Part shown: in pieces, positions 1 through 9,198 of the stretch
How positions within the stretch are numbered: position 1 is the stretch's first letter
Layout: each line of letters opens with the position of its first letter
Made by a program: the position numbers and the translations under genes
Assembly (NCBI GenBank): GCA_964413365.1
Contig: CAYPRM010000002.1
Location: 14,992-72,876 of the forward strand
Source of the DNA: an uncultured Lachnospiraceae bacterium
GTDB taxonomy: Bacteria; Bacillota; Clostridia; Oscillospirales; CAG-272
Reading direction: 5' to 3'
DNA length: 57,885 bases
Notes under the pieces: model-generated
The model's database searches: none
What the model was told of the DNA's origin: nothing
What the model saw: the letters and a program-made list of their open reading frames with translations, nothing else

Positions 1-160
1 TAGTCGTCGATGTGGTAGTCGTGCCATCGGGCTTCTTTGTAGTTGTAGTCGTCGATGTGGTAGTCGTGCCATCGGGCTTCTTTGTAGTTGTAGTCGTCGA
101 CGTGGTCGTCGTGCCGTCAGGCTCCTTTGTAGTTGTAGTCGTTGATGTGGTCTCGGGATC
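1..160. repeat. 45-bp (15-codon) tandem repeat, about 3.5 copies, continuing past the window start
   Basis: The motif TAGTCGTCGATGTGG restarts at 1, 46, 91 and 136. Copies 1 and 2 are identical and later copies differ by a few bases. It encodes TTTTTKKPDGTTTTS-type units on the minus strand. Confidence 0.85.
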
Positions 161-268
161 GGTCGTGCCAGAGGGCGAGGTGGTCTTGAGTGAGCCTATC
201 CAGCTGCACGCGCCGAGCATACCCGCGATCATTGAAAAGAGCAGTATAGCCGCCAAAAATCTTTTCAT
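1..268 (-). CDS. Lipoprotein with Thr-rich tandem repeats (partial; 3' end runs off the window)
   Basis: ATG at 268-266. Hand translation gives MKRFLAAILLFSMIAGMLGAC (signal peptide plus lipobox LGAC), then TTSPSGTTDPETTSTTTTTKEPDGTTTTSTTTTTKKPDG... with no stop down to position 1. It is absent from the ORF track because it is open-ended. The listed + ORF 12..332 (poly-Val) is its antisense shadow. Confidence 0.7.
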   Translation of the reverse strand, partial: MKRFLAAILLFSMIAGMLGACSWIGSLKTTSPSGTTDPETTSTTTTTKEPDGTTTTSTTTTTKKPDGTTTTSTTTTTKKPDGTTTTSTT

Positions 269-424
269 GTCAATGAGTCCTTTCTTTTTTGTATTATGCA
301 TACATTATTATTTTACACCTTTTTTGACCTAAAAGCAATAGAATTTCGTCTTTTTTTCGCATTTTTCTATTTTTGTCCGTTTTGCACAAAAACATGAATC
401 CTGTTTTGTGAATTTTCAAAGCTC

Positions 425-1210
425 CTAAGAGCAAAAGTAGTTTTTCGTCGCGATCAAGCCGTCCTCGCGTATCACGTATACGGGACAGCTCGGCTCGGGC
501 GATAGCTCCATCGCACACACCGCGTCAAATCTCGCCGCAGGACAGATGCTCGCCCTCCCCCCTCTTAGCTCGCAGATCAGATCTTCAATGCTCTCAACTC
601 GCCGCTCAAGGCCCACGCCCGAGACCTGCGCGCCGTCGTGTATCGAGTGTATGTCACTGCCACCAACCATCGGCATACCGAGGTTTTTCGCGTATTCGTA
701 AGCCCTGCGCGAGTAAATGTCCTCGTGCCCGACGTTCAATACCTCCACCGCGTCCACAAGATCGCGCGCTAACCTAATGTCGGAAATGTAGTACCGCTCG
801 CGATAGGGGTGCGCTTGAATTATGTAGCCGCCGCTCTCGCGTATCAGCCTGAAAAACGGTATCCTGCCCATGTCCCTCACCTCGGGGTGAGCCTTTAACC
901 ACTCGGGCGAGATACCGAGCACTAAATATTCGTCCGTGCCGTCCGAAAATTTTTGCTCGAAGCCGAAAAGCACGACAAAATCCTTCTTTTCGCCCTCTCT
1001 TTTCGCCCTGTAATACCCCTCGCAGAATTTGTCAATAAATTCACCCCACGGAAGCCTGCGGTTGATGCAGGTGTTGCCGTGGTAGAAGTGATCCGTGACC
1101 ACCATTCCGCTGTATCCGCGTGATATGTAAAAATCTATGTAATCCTCCGCCGCCGCGATCGAGCAAAGACTCGCAGCATCCGTGTGCGCGTGTAATTCGT
1201 AGTAAAACAT
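425..1210 (-). CDS. PHP-domain metal-dependent phosphoesterase
   Basis: N-terminus MFYYELHAHTDAAS (HxH motif), internal VVTDH and GGSDIH motifs typical of PHP/histidinol-phosphatase-like hydrolases. AAGGAGGG RBS upstream. Confidence 0.75.
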   Translation of the reverse strand: MFYYELHAHTDAASLCSIAAAEDYIDFYISRGYSGMVVTDHFYHGNTCINRRLPWGEFIDKFCEGYYRAKREGEKKDFVVLFGFEQKFSDGTDEYLVLGISPEWLKAHPEVRDMGRIPFFRLIRESGGYIIQAHPYRERYYISDIRLARDLVDAVEVLNVGHEDIYSRRAYEYAKNLGMPMVGGSDIHSIHDGAQVSGVGLERRVESIEDLICELRGGRASICPAARFDAVCAMELSPEPSCPVYVIREDGLIATKNYFCS

Positions 1211-1245
1211 CGCCCCACTTCCCTCCTTTTCTGCCGTACCCAGTA

Positions 1246-1274
1246 ATTATACCCCATTCCCCCGAAAATGTCAA
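1246..1274 (-). promoter_or_regulatory. Sigma-70/SigA-type promoter for the PHP gene
   Basis: Minus strand reads TTGACA, a 17-nt spacer, then TATAAT. Confidence 0.6.
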
Positions 1275-1356
1275 TATTCTTTTGGTGAATAAATAAGGGA
1301 TCGGGTGCACACGCCTACCGTCTCGCGCATATGTGCAGTCATTAAGGCAAAAACAC

Positions 1357-1385
1357 TTGACAAAGGGTGGGGGATGTGGTAGAAT
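1357..1385 (+). promoter_or_regulatory. SigA-type promoter with extended -10 for the permease gene
   Basis: TTGACA (1357-1362), 17-nt spacer, TGg-TAGAAT (1377-1385). About 70 nt upstream of the start codon. Confidence 0.6.
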
Positions 1386-1459
1386 GGGGTGGTAAAAGGG
1401 GCTATTTGCTCGGGGGCGGGGTTACGCTACGAGTTGGTGGCTGACAAACGGAGGGAAAT

Positions 1460-2341
1460 ATGCAATTACTGGAGCTTATATGGCACAGTGTCAAGGACAC
1501 TATTGTCATAATACCTTTTCTATTTTTAACTTATCTGTTAATGGAGTATCTTGAGCACCGCGCAGGCAATGGTGCGGAGAAGCTGCTCAAGCGCTCGGGA
1601 CAATTCGGCGCGGTCGTTGGCGGTGCGCTCGGACTCGTTCCGCAATGCGGATTTTCAAGTGCCGCGGCAGGGCTTTACAGTGCCCGTGTAATTTCGATGG
1701 GCACGCTGATCTCGGTATTCCTCTCTACGAGCGACGAGATGATCCCCATTTTCATTGCGCGTCCCGATTCAGATCTTCTCTCAATGCTCAAGATCCTCGC
1801 CGTCAAGCTCGGCATCTCGATCCTTGCAGGCGTTGCGGTGGATCTCGTGCTCAGGGCGATATACAAAAAGCGTGGCGGTGAGCCAACGGTCAAGATCGAC
1901 GAGCTCTGCGAGAGGGACAAGTGCCATTGCCACAACAATCTTCTCAAGAGCACGCTCATTCACACGGGCAAGATCTCTGCCTTCATTCTGATCTTCACGT
2001 TCGTGCTCAATTTCCTCGTGTACTTCGTCGGTGAGGACACGATCGCGATGCTCGTTCTCGACAAGCCCGTGCTTGCGAACATTCTTGCCGCGGTGGTCGG
2101 GCTCATTCCCAACTGCGCGTCGAGCGTGATCATCAGCGAGCTTTTCATCGGCGGCGTGATCTCCGCAGGTGCACTGATGTCGGGACTTCTCGTTAATAGC
2201 GGCGTTGCGCTCGCCGTACTGTTCAGAACGAACAGACCGAGGAAAAATACGTTCATAATCGTCGGCATCATCCTCGCCATTGCGATCCTCGCAGGAATCG
2301 TTATCGACCTCACCCCCATCGCAAGGTGGATCGCAGGATAA
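1460..2341 (+). CDS. Polytopic membrane protein, ArsP_2-like putative metal permease family
   Basis: Multi-TM protein with the LVPQCGFS and STSDEMIPIF motifs I associate with the 'putative 10TM heavy-metal exporter' (ArsP_2) family. GGAGGG RBS. Confidence 0.6.
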   Translation: MQLLELIWHSVKDTIVIIPFLFLTYLLMEYLEHRAGNGAEKLLKRSGQFGAVVGGALGLVPQCGFSSAAAGLYSARVISMGTLISVFLSTSDEMIPIFIARPDSDLLSMLKILAVKLGISILAGVAVDLVLRAIYKKRGGEPTVKIDELCERDKCHCHNNLLKSTLIHTGKISAFILIFTFVLNFLVYFVGEDTIAMLVLDKPVLANILAAVVGLIPNCASSVIISELFIGGVISAGALMSGLLVNSGVALAVLFRTNRPRKNTFIIVGIILAIAILAGIVIDLTPIARWIAG

Positions 2342-2345
2342 AATA

Positions 2346-2396
2346 AAAAAGAGCAAGATCAAGGGAAACAAAAGCTCCTTTGGTCTTGCTCTTTTT
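2346..2396. terminator. Bidirectional intrinsic terminator between convergent genes
   Basis: AAAAAGAGCAAGA ... TCTTGCTCTTTTT: a 9-bp core stem flanked by an A-run and a T-run. Confidence 0.6.
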
Positions 2397-2410
2397 ATTC
2401 TTACTATTCC

Positions 2411-2902
2411 CTACCCCTCCTGCGTGGGGCATTTTCTATTTTGGGGCGGTGCGTAGGTGGAGGTGAGCTTGAGCGCTCCTCTGCCCGAATTTATGATATT
2501 GTGCCACGTACATGCCGGAACAAAGACGGCATCGCCGCTATGGAGTCTATAAGTCGTATCGAGTGCATCCTCGGCAAGTCCGACCGCGACTATGGCGTTC
2601 CCCTGCTCTACTCTGACGTACTGATCCGCATCCGTATGGACCTCCGCACCGACGCTCTCTCCACGTGGGACGGAGATCATCACCATCTGCATATACGTGC
2701 CGCGCCAGACGCTCGCCCTCTTTTCCGCAGAGTGGCAAGCGAGCCTTCCGATGCTTTTTAGGACGAGCACCTCACCGCCGCGGTCGCTCGCACATCTGCC
2801 GCCCGTTGTAAGGATGCTCTCCGCGGCATCGCGATCGTGATCGTGATCGCTTGGGCGGTCGCGTTGTGGGGAGTCGACCTTTATCCCTTCATTCATTCTC
2901 AT
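2411..2902 (-). CDS. Cupin-domain protein
   Basis: The C-terminal half (GESVGAEVHTDADQYVRVEQG...GDAVFVPACTWHNIIN) fits a cupin beta-barrel. Start moved to the ATG at 2902, which lies 8 nt after AGGAGG. The longer track ORF (to 3142) would overlap ftsZ. Confidence 0.65.
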   Translation of the reverse strand: MRMNEGIKVDSPQRDRPSDHDHDRDAAESILTTGGRCASDRGGEVLVLKSIGRLACHSAEKRASVWRGTYMQMVMISVPRGESVGAEVHTDADQYVRVEQGNAIVAVGLAEDALDTTYRLHSGDAVFVPACTWHNIINSGRGALKLTSTYAPPQNRKCPTQEG

Positions 2903-2987
2903 TCGCATATCCTCCTTCATCTCACTGCTTTCATTATATGCAAAAAAAGAAAAGATGCCCACAGGCATCTTTTCTTCTATTATTGTA

Positions 2988-4088
2988 TTATCTCTTGAAT
3001 ACGGAGAAGAGATCGTCAAAGTCGATATCGTCGGAGTCGTCCTGCTCAGGCTCAACCTTCTTTGCCTCGGGCTTCTCGTTAGCGGGCTCGTCCACTCTCT
3101 TGGTATCCTTCTTGGGAGCAGGTGCCTCGAGCTTCTTCTCAAAGCCCGTAGCGATAATGGTGATCCTCATCTCGTCCTCAAGCTCGGGATCGAATGCAAC
3201 GCCCCAGATAACGTTTGCGTCGGGGTTAGCCTCCTTAGCGATCATCGTGGAAGCGATATCAACGTCCTCAAGTCCGACATCGGGAGATGCGGTGATGCTG
3301 ATAAGCACGCCCGTAGCACCCTTGATAGAGGTCTCGAGAAGGGGACTGGAGATAGCTGCCTTTGCGGCAAGCTCAGCCTTATCCTTACCCGTAGCGTTAG
3401 CCATACCCATGTGAGCATAGCCTGCGCCCTTCATAACGGATGTAACGTCCGCAAAGTCAAGGTTAATGAATGCGGAGACATTGATAAGCTCGGAGATGCT
3501 CTGAACGCCGCGGCGAAGAACGTCATCAGCCGCCTCAAATGCGTTAGCAAGGCTTATTCTCGTATCGGTCGTCTGCTTAAGTCTTTCGTTGGGGATAACA
3601 ACAAGAGCGTCAACGTAGGACGAGAGAGCGGCGATGCCGTCCTCAGCCTGATTCATTCTTCTCGTTCCCTCAAATGCGAAGGGCTTAGTTACGATAGCGA
3701 CCGTAAGTATATCCATCTCTCTTGCGATGCGCGCAACAACGGGAGCTGCACCCGTGCCCGTGCCGCCGCCCATACCTGCGGTGATGAAGCACATATCCGC
3801 GCCCGAGAGTATTGCCTTGATATCATCAACGGATTCCTCTGCGCTTCTTGCTCCGATAGTGGGGTTAGCGCCTGCGCCAAAGCCCTTGGTTACCTTTTCA
3901 CCGATAACGAGCTGGACGGACGCGTCGCTCCTCTTGAGTGCCTGTCTGTCGGTATTGATAGCTATGAATTCAACGCCTCTTATATTGGTATTGATCATAC
4001 GGTTGACCGCGTTGTTTCCGCCGCCACCTACACCTATGACCTTAATATTAACGCCGCTGCTCATGCTGTCGTCATGTTCGAAAATCAT
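2988..4088 (-). CDS. ftsZ: Cell division protein FtsZ
   Basis: [30 protein letters not shown] tubulin signature, acidic C-terminal peptide [14 protein letters not shown]. Start at MIFEHDD, with GGAGG 9 nt upstream. The upstream part of the track ORF is AT-rich non-coding sequence. Confidence 0.97.
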   Translation of the reverse strand: MIFEHDDSMSSGVNIKVIGVGGGGNNAVNRMINTNIRGVEFIAINTDRQALKRSDASVQLVIGEKVTKGFGAGANPTIGARSAEESVDDIKAILSGADMCFITAGMGGGTGTGAAPVVARIAREMDILTVAIVTKPFAFEGTRRMNQAEDGIAALSSYVDALVVIPNERLKQTTDTRISLANAFEAADDVLRRGVQSISELINVSAFINLDFADVTSVMKGAGYAHMGMANATGKDKAELAAKAAISSPLLETSIKGATGVLISITASPDVGLEDVDIASTMIAKEANPDANVIWGVAFDPELEDEMRITIIATGFEKKLEAPAPKKDTKRVDEPANEKPEAKKVEPEQDDSDDIDFDDLFSVFKR

Positions 4089-4172
4089 TATAAATATCCT
4101 CCAAATTTCACAAAATAGATAAAAGTTCGTCCTTATATATATAATAATATATTTTCGTCCCAAAAGCAAGAG

Positions 4173-4227
4173 TTTTTTTGCATTTTTTATAAAATTTAAG
4201 AGCTTTTTTTGCATTTTTTCAAAATTT
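4173..4227. repeat. Two direct AT-rich repeats (31-bp period) upstream of ftsZ
   Basis: TTTTTTTGCATTTTTT(AT/C)AAAATTT at 4173-4197 and 4204-4227. Confidence 0.8.
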
Positions 4228-4263
4228 GCTCCCCGAGAGGGCGTTTTTCGGCGAAAAATCCCT

Positions 4264-4299
4264 CAAAAAACAGACTGACCGCGCTCGGCGATCAGTCTG
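4264..4299 (-). terminator. Intrinsic terminator after murG
   Basis: Minus strand reads CAGACTGA-N13-TCAGTCTG followed by TTTTTT. Confidence 0.75.
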
Positions 4300-4315
4300 A
4301 TATCCATATTTTTCA

Positions 4316-5431
4316 TTATTTTTTCTCGGAAACAAGTCTGACGATCTCGTCATAGATGAGCTTATTTGCGTCGGGGCAGGAGAATTTCGAGATGCTCCTA
4401 CCGAGGCTCTCCCTCTTTTCCCTGCTCTCGATAAGCTCCTCCATCGTGCTCGCGAAGATCTCGTCGCCGAGCGTATCCTCCTCGAGCATCACCACGGCTC
4501 CCGCATCGGAGAGCACCTTGGCGTTCTTATATTGGTGATTATCCACGACGTTCGGCGAGGGGATCATCACGCAAGCAGAGCCGAGGGCGGCAAGCTCGGA
4601 TATCGTCATAGCGCCTGCACGGCAGATTATGAGATCCGCCGCACTCATGCGCGTGGGCATATCGTGTATGTATTCAAGAAGTCTGAGGCTCGGCTCTCTG
4701 TCAAGTCCGTCCGCTCTGAACCTCTCACTGAAATCTCTAAAATACTCCCTGCCCGTTCCGAGGTGGCAGACTACGGAGGAGCGTCCGCGGAGCCTGTCGC
4801 GCATATAGGCGTAAACGGTGTCGTTCACCCTTTGTGCACCGAGGCTTCCGCCAAATGCGAGAATGTAGATCTGAGAGTCGGATATACCGAGCTTTTTCCT
4901 CGCCTCTGTGCGGTCGAGCACACCAAATCCGCCGCGTATCGGATTGCCGACGCGGATCACCTTATCCTGCTGCTTTATGTAATTTGCGGTCTCGGGGAAA
5001 TTGACGAGTATCCTGTCAAGACTTCCCTGAAGCTGTCTTATTGCAAGCCCCGGGCGCGCGTTCGACTCGTGGGCTACGGTCGGTATACCGAGCCTTGATG
5101 CGACCTTGAGTGCAGGCCAGCAGACATATCCGCCCGTGCCTATGACTATGTCGGGCTTGAAATCCTGTATTATCCTCTTCGCCTGTATCTGCGACTTGAG
5201 CATAAGATAAAGTGCCTTCACATTACGTGGGGAGAGCGAGCGTGATATTCCCATTATATCTACATGGTGGAGCTTATACCCCGCCTTTACGACAAGGCTG
5301 TTTTCAAGTCCACGCTCCGTTCCGACGAACTCCACAACGGAGGTGGGATCGTTTATTTTTATAGTATCGGCTATTGCAAGTGCAGGATTTATATGTCCTG
5401 CCGTGCCGCCGCCCGTCATCAAAACTCTCAT
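4316..5431 (-). CDS. murG: Undecaprenyldiphospho-muramoylpentapeptide beta-N-acetylglucosaminyltransferase MurG
   Basis: MRVLMTGGGTAGHINPALAIA N-terminus, GT28 architecture, dcw context. Confidence 0.95.
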   Translation of the reverse strand: MRVLMTGGGTAGHINPALAIADTIKINDPTSVVEFVGTERGLENSLVVKAGYKLHHVDIMGISRSLSPRNVKALYLMLKSQIQAKRIIQDFKPDIVIGTGGYVCWPALKVASRLGIPTVAHESNARPGLAIRQLQGSLDRILVNFPETANYIKQQDKVIRVGNPIRGGFGVLDRTEARKKLGISDSQIYILAFGGSLGAQRVNDTVYAYMRDRLRGRSSVVCHLGTGREYFRDFSERFRADGLDREPSLRLLEYIHDMPTRMSAADLIICRAGAMTISELAALGSACVMIPSPNVVDNHQYKNAKVLSDAGAVVMLEEDTLGDEIFASTMEELIESREKRESLGRSISKFSCPDANKLIYDEIVRLVSEKK

Positions 5432-5475
5432 TTTTTCCGTCCTTTCAAAATTTTTATTTTTTGCATACTCTTTCT

Positions 5476-6741
5476 CTATGCCCTCCCCGTAGAGCTGTAA
5501 CGCGACACGGAGAGAATGATGGCCAGCTCAAATATCTGAAGTGCCAGAGATGTACCGCCCGAGCTGAAGAGCGGCAGGGATATCCCCGTATTCGGCATTG
5601 AATTCGTTACGACCGCAACGTTGAGTGCGACCTGAAGTGCGATCTTGAAGCTCAGTCCCCTGACGAGCAACGCACTGTATGCGTCGGGTGCGCCTGCCGC
5701 TATGCGAAATCCCCGTATCACGAGCAGGGCAAAGAGCAATATCACCGCAAGAGCACCGACAAAGCCCAGCTCCTCGCAGATTATCGTAAAAATAAAGTCG
5801 TTCTGCGGCTGGGATACATATCCGTGCTTTTGAATACTCGTGCCGAGCCCGACGCCAAACAGCCCTCCCGAGCCTATTGCGTACAGTCCCTGCAGAGTCT
5901 GCCACGCCGAGCCGAGGGGATCGACCTCCTCAATGTGAAGCCATGTATTCACACGCTCCTGCGCGTAGTCGGACACGAGTATCAGCCCCACGCCTGCCAC
6001 GGCGATGAGAGCGAGAATGAGCACTATCCATTTTGTGTGTGTTCCGCCCATATACATCACGGCGATCGAGAGCATTCCGATTATCATAAGCCCCGAGATA
6101 TGCTTTTCAAGTGCGACGAGCACACAGACCGCACCGAATATGCACATCGGTATGAGTGCGCCGTACTTAAAGCTCGTGGCGGAGGATCTCCTGTCGCCGA
6201 TGCGAGCTGAATTTTTTGACATATAGTGGGCAAGGAGCATTACCACCGCAGGCTTCGCTATTTCCGAGGGCTGAACGGTGATGATGCCGAGATCGAGCCA
6301 TCTTTGCGCACCGCCGCCGTCCCTTCCGACAAATATAACGAGCACAAGGAGCACTATCGAGAGTGCGTACATCACGCACCCGAGCCTGCGCCAGAGGTCG
6401 ATATTCGCGAGCATCACGAACGGCACGCTCACAGCAACGGCGAGCAGGGCAAAAATGACATACCGAACGATAAAATAGGAGCTGTCTCCGTATTTTTGCT
6501 CAGCGTAAACATAGCTTGCACTAAAGGACATAACAGCTCCGAAGCAGAGCAGCAGCACGGCGTAGGTGAAAAATCGTGTGTCGATCCTCCCTACCCTCGG
6601 CGTGCCACCGCCCTCCGACGCGGTGCTATATGTGCGCTCGCGTCTTGACTCAAAATATTTATTTATCCTGACTCTTATACCGACATTTTTCTTTTTGACA
6701 TCGGATTTTTTTGAGGACTTCCCTGTGCTAACATCAGCCAT
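5476..6741 (-). CDS. ftsW: SEDS-family peptidoglycan glycosyltransferase FtsW/SpoVE
   Basis: About 10-TM protein with QPSEIAKP and NTGISLPLFSSGGTS motifs, lying between mraY and murG. Confidence 0.9.
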   Translation of the reverse strand: MADVSTGKSSKKSDVKKKNVGIRVRINKYFESRRERTYSTASEGGGTPRVGRIDTRFFTYAVLLLCFGAVMSFSASYVYAEQKYGDSSYFIVRYVIFALLAVAVSVPFVMLANIDLWRRLGCVMYALSIVLLVLVIFVGRDGGGAQRWLDLGIITVQPSEIAKPAVVMLLAHYMSKNSARIGDRRSSATSFKYGALIPMCIFGAVCVLVALEKHISGLMIIGMLSIAVMYMGGTHTKWIVLILALIAVAGVGLILVSDYAQERVNTWLHIEEVDPLGSAWQTLQGLYAIGSGGLFGVGLGTSIQKHGYVSQPQNDFIFTIICEELGFVGALAVILLFALLVIRGFRIAAGAPDAYSALLVRGLSFKIALQVALNVAVVTNSMPNTGISLPLFSSGGTSLALQIFELAIILSVSRYSSTGRA

Positions 6742-6759
6742 ACCGTCCTCCGATAAAGA

Positions 6760-7746
6760 TCAGAATGCGAAATACGCTACCGTGCAGAACACGGCGGTAA
6801 CGAGCGAGAACACAAGAACGATCTTTCTCTCGCTCCAACCGCATTTTTCAAAGTGGTGATGGATCGGCGCCATCTTGAAAACGCGGATCCTTCTTCCCGA
6901 AAGCTTATACACGCCGACCTGTATTATATCCGACGCCGCCTCGATAAGATATATTATTCCTATAAGGAAGATGATCATCGGCTCATCGAGCATAAATACC
7001 GAGCCAACAACGAGACCGCCCAAAAACAGCGAGCCCGTATCCCCCATAAATACCCTTGCGGGGTTGAAATTGTAGATAAGGAAGCCTGCCGTCGCGCCTA
7101 TCGCCGATGCTGCCACAAGAGAGAGCGAATCGTTCTCCGTGCGGTATGCCACGACTGCGAGGAAGATGCCCACAACGAGCGTTACCGAGCTTGCAAGCCC
7201 GTCGATGCCATCGGTGAGGTTGACCGCATTGACAAAGCCTATTATGAGCACGAACGCAAAGACGTAATAGAACACGCCAAGCTCAAGGCTCACGCCCGTA
7301 AAGGGTATGTGAAGCGAGGTGTTTATATTGTCCGTGAGCGTCAGGGCAACGAGATAGAGCACCGCCACAAGGGATTGGAGCACTATCTTCTGCTTTGCGC
7401 TGAAGCCCTCATTCTGCTTCTTTATAAGCTTCGTATAGTCGTCAAAAAAGCCTATCATGCCGTTGAGGACGGCAAGGGATACGGTGAGCACGAGCGGAAC
7501 GAGCCTCTCCGTGCTTCCACGCATAGCCGAGATGACTGACACAAGAGCGAGTAATGCCAATATTGCTATAATAAAGCAGATGCCTCCCATAGTGGGAGTA
7601 CCTGCTTTATCCATATGCCAGCGAGGTCCGATCTCGAGTATTCTCTGACCTACCTTGTGGCTTTTCAATATTGGGATCACGTGCTTTTCAAGTATCACAG
7701 TGAGCAAAAATACCGCTACTGCGACCAAAATAAACTCAATGATCAT
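6760..7746 (-). CDS. mraY: Phospho-N-acetylmuramoyl-pentapeptide transferase MraY
   Basis: GTPTMGG, NAVNLTDGIDGLA and MGDTGSL motifs, APIHHHFE. Confidence 0.96.
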   Translation of the reverse strand: MIIEFILVAVAVFLLTVILEKHVIPILKSHKVGQRILEIGPRWHMDKAGTPTMGGICFIIAILALLALVSVISAMRGSTERLVPLVLTVSLAVLNGMIGFFDDYTKLIKKQNEGFSAKQKIVLQSLVAVLYLVALTLTDNINTSLHIPFTGVSLELGVFYYVFAFVLIIGFVNAVNLTDGIDGLASSVTLVVGIFLAVVAYRTENDSLSLVAASAIGATAGFLIYNFNPARVFMGDTGSLFLGGLVVGSVFMLDEPMIIFLIGIIYLIEAASDIIQVGVYKLSGRRIRVFKMAPIHHHFEKCGWSERKIVLVFSLVTAVFCTVAYFAF

Positions 7747-7767
7747 ATATTTGATTTCCTTTACTGT

Positions 7768-9198
7768 TTATAGAGCAAGCTGAGCCTTCATATATCCCAG
7801 CACCATCTCCGCCTTGAGCGCGCGGCTCGCCTTGACGAGCAGAACGTCGCCGTCCTTCAGTACGCCGAGCAATCTCTTGCCGACAGCCTCTGCGTCCGCG
7901 GTAGTGCTTCTGTATATCTGCTTTTCGCTCATTCCGCCCTCAATAGCACCGCCTGCAAGCTCCGTAGAGGAAAGCTCGCCGTAGGTAAAGAGCATATCTG
8001 CGTGCATTTCTGCAAGGTGGGAGCCTACGCCTCTGTGAAGCATCTGAGTAGTAGGACCAAGCTCACGCATATCGCCGAGCAGGGCTACCATTCTGCCGCC
8101 GCGTGCCCTTGCGGTATCGCGAAGGACGTTGATCGCCGCGTTCATAGACTCGGGACTTGCGTTGTAGCAGTCCTCTATGACGGTGATGCCGTTGAGGCTG
8201 TATATATTCTGACGCATTCCGACGGGCGAATATGCAAGGAGTCCCTCACGGATCTCTGCCTCGGGAACGTTCATCTTAAGTCCCACGGAGAATGCCGCCA
8301 TTGCGTTGTAAACATTGTGCTTACCTGCCACGGAGAGCCTGATATCGCGCAAGGATCCGTTGGGCGTTCTCATATCGAATACGATGCCGTCCTCGGTGGA
8401 TCTGATATTACTTGCGAAATAATCACACTCCTCGTTCTTCATGCCGAAGTAGAGAGTTCTGTATCTGTCGCTCTCGTGTCCTGCAAGAAGGGGCTCATCG
8501 CCGTTAAGAAGAAGGAGTCCGCCGTCACGCAGACCTGCGGTTATCTCAAGCTTTGCGCGCGCTATGTTCTCACGCGAGCCGAGAGCCTCAAGGTGGGACG
8601 AGCCGATGTTCGTGATAAGCGCGATATCGGGGCGTGCCGCCTCGCTCATATACTCTATCTCGCCAAGTCCGCTCATTCCAAGCTCGAATACAGCCGCGTC
8701 ATTTCTCTGGCTGAGCTCGAGCATGCTCATGGGCATACCGATGGTCGAATTGAAGTTCCCCGACGTCTTGTACGTTCTGTATTTTCTGTCGAGCACCGAG
8801 GAGATGAGCTCCTTGGTGGTGGTCTTGCCGACAGATCCCGTAACTGCGACGGTCCTTATGTCAAGCTGACCTCTTACATACTCTGCGATGTCACGGATAG
8901 CCCTTACGGAATCCTCCACGACGATGACTGCGATGCCCTTTACATCAAGGGGTACTCTCTCTGCGATAACGCAGCGGCAGCCCTGCTTTACTACGTTGGA
9001 AATAAACGAGTGTCCGTCAACTCTTTCACCGCGCATAGCGATGAACATGGATGTACTGTCAGCTTCGCGCGAGTCGGTCGTTACCGTCTCGAAAAGCACC
9101 TTGTGCTCACAGCCGACGCTGTAAAGCGTTCCGCCGCATATCTCTGCTACCTTGTCAGCAGTAAGTCTGCCGATGCCGAGTTTGATCTTCATGCTCAT
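7768..9198 (-). CDS. murF: UDP-N-acetylmuramoyl-tripeptide--D-alanyl-D-alanine ligase MurF
   Basis: VTGSVGKTTTKE P-loop, Mur ligase domains, 4-nt overlap with the murE stop. Confidence 0.95.
   Translation of the reverse strand: MSMKIKLGIGRLTADKVAEICGGTLYSVGCEHKVLFETVTTDSREADSTSMFIAMRGERVDGHSFISNVVKQGCRCVIAERVPLDVKGIAVIVVEDSVRAIRDIAEYVRGQLDIRTVAVTGSVGKTTTKELISSVLDRKYRTYKTSGNFNSTIGMPMSMLELSQRNDAAVFELGMSGLGEIEYMSEAARPDIALITNIGSSHLEALGSRENIARAKLEITAGLRDGGLLLLNGDEPLLAGHESDRYRTLYFGMKNEECDYFASNIRSTEDGIVFDMRTPNGSLRDIRLSVAGKHNVYNAMAAFSVGLKMNVPEAEIREGLLAYSPVGMRQNIYSLNGITVIEDCYNASPESMNAAINVLRDTARARGGRMVALLGDMRELGPTTQMLHRGVGSHLAEMHADMLFTYGELSSTELAGGAIEGGMSEKQIYRSTTADAEAVGKRLLGVLKDGDVLLVKASRALKAEMVLGYMKAQLAL

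Noticed and set aside
12-332. 106-aa + strand ORF with VVVPSGFFVVVVVD repeats.
   Set aside because: It is the antisense reading of the Thr-rich repeat lipoprotein gene on the minus strand, which has a proper signal peptide and lipobox. Poly-Val is the complement of the ACN Thr codons.
1386-1459. Possible metal (for example yybP-ykoY Mn) riboswitch in the leader of the ArsP_2-like permease.
   Set aside because: The leader is only ~70 nt and G-rich, and it lacks the conserved yybP-ykoY core sequences as I remember them. It is too short for the four-helix architecture. An Infernal scan would settle this.
4089-4214. N-terminal extensions offered by the ORF track: ftsZ to 4214, cupin to 3142, rsmH to 15191, mraZ to 15672, ylxM from 31986, rsfS to 38473, trmFO to 49356, dprA to 52963, infC to 55029.
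   Set aside because: In each case an internal ATG with a well-spaced GGAGG-type RBS matches the conserved N-terminus of the family. The extension runs through AT-rich promoter or terminator DNA, or through the upstream gene.
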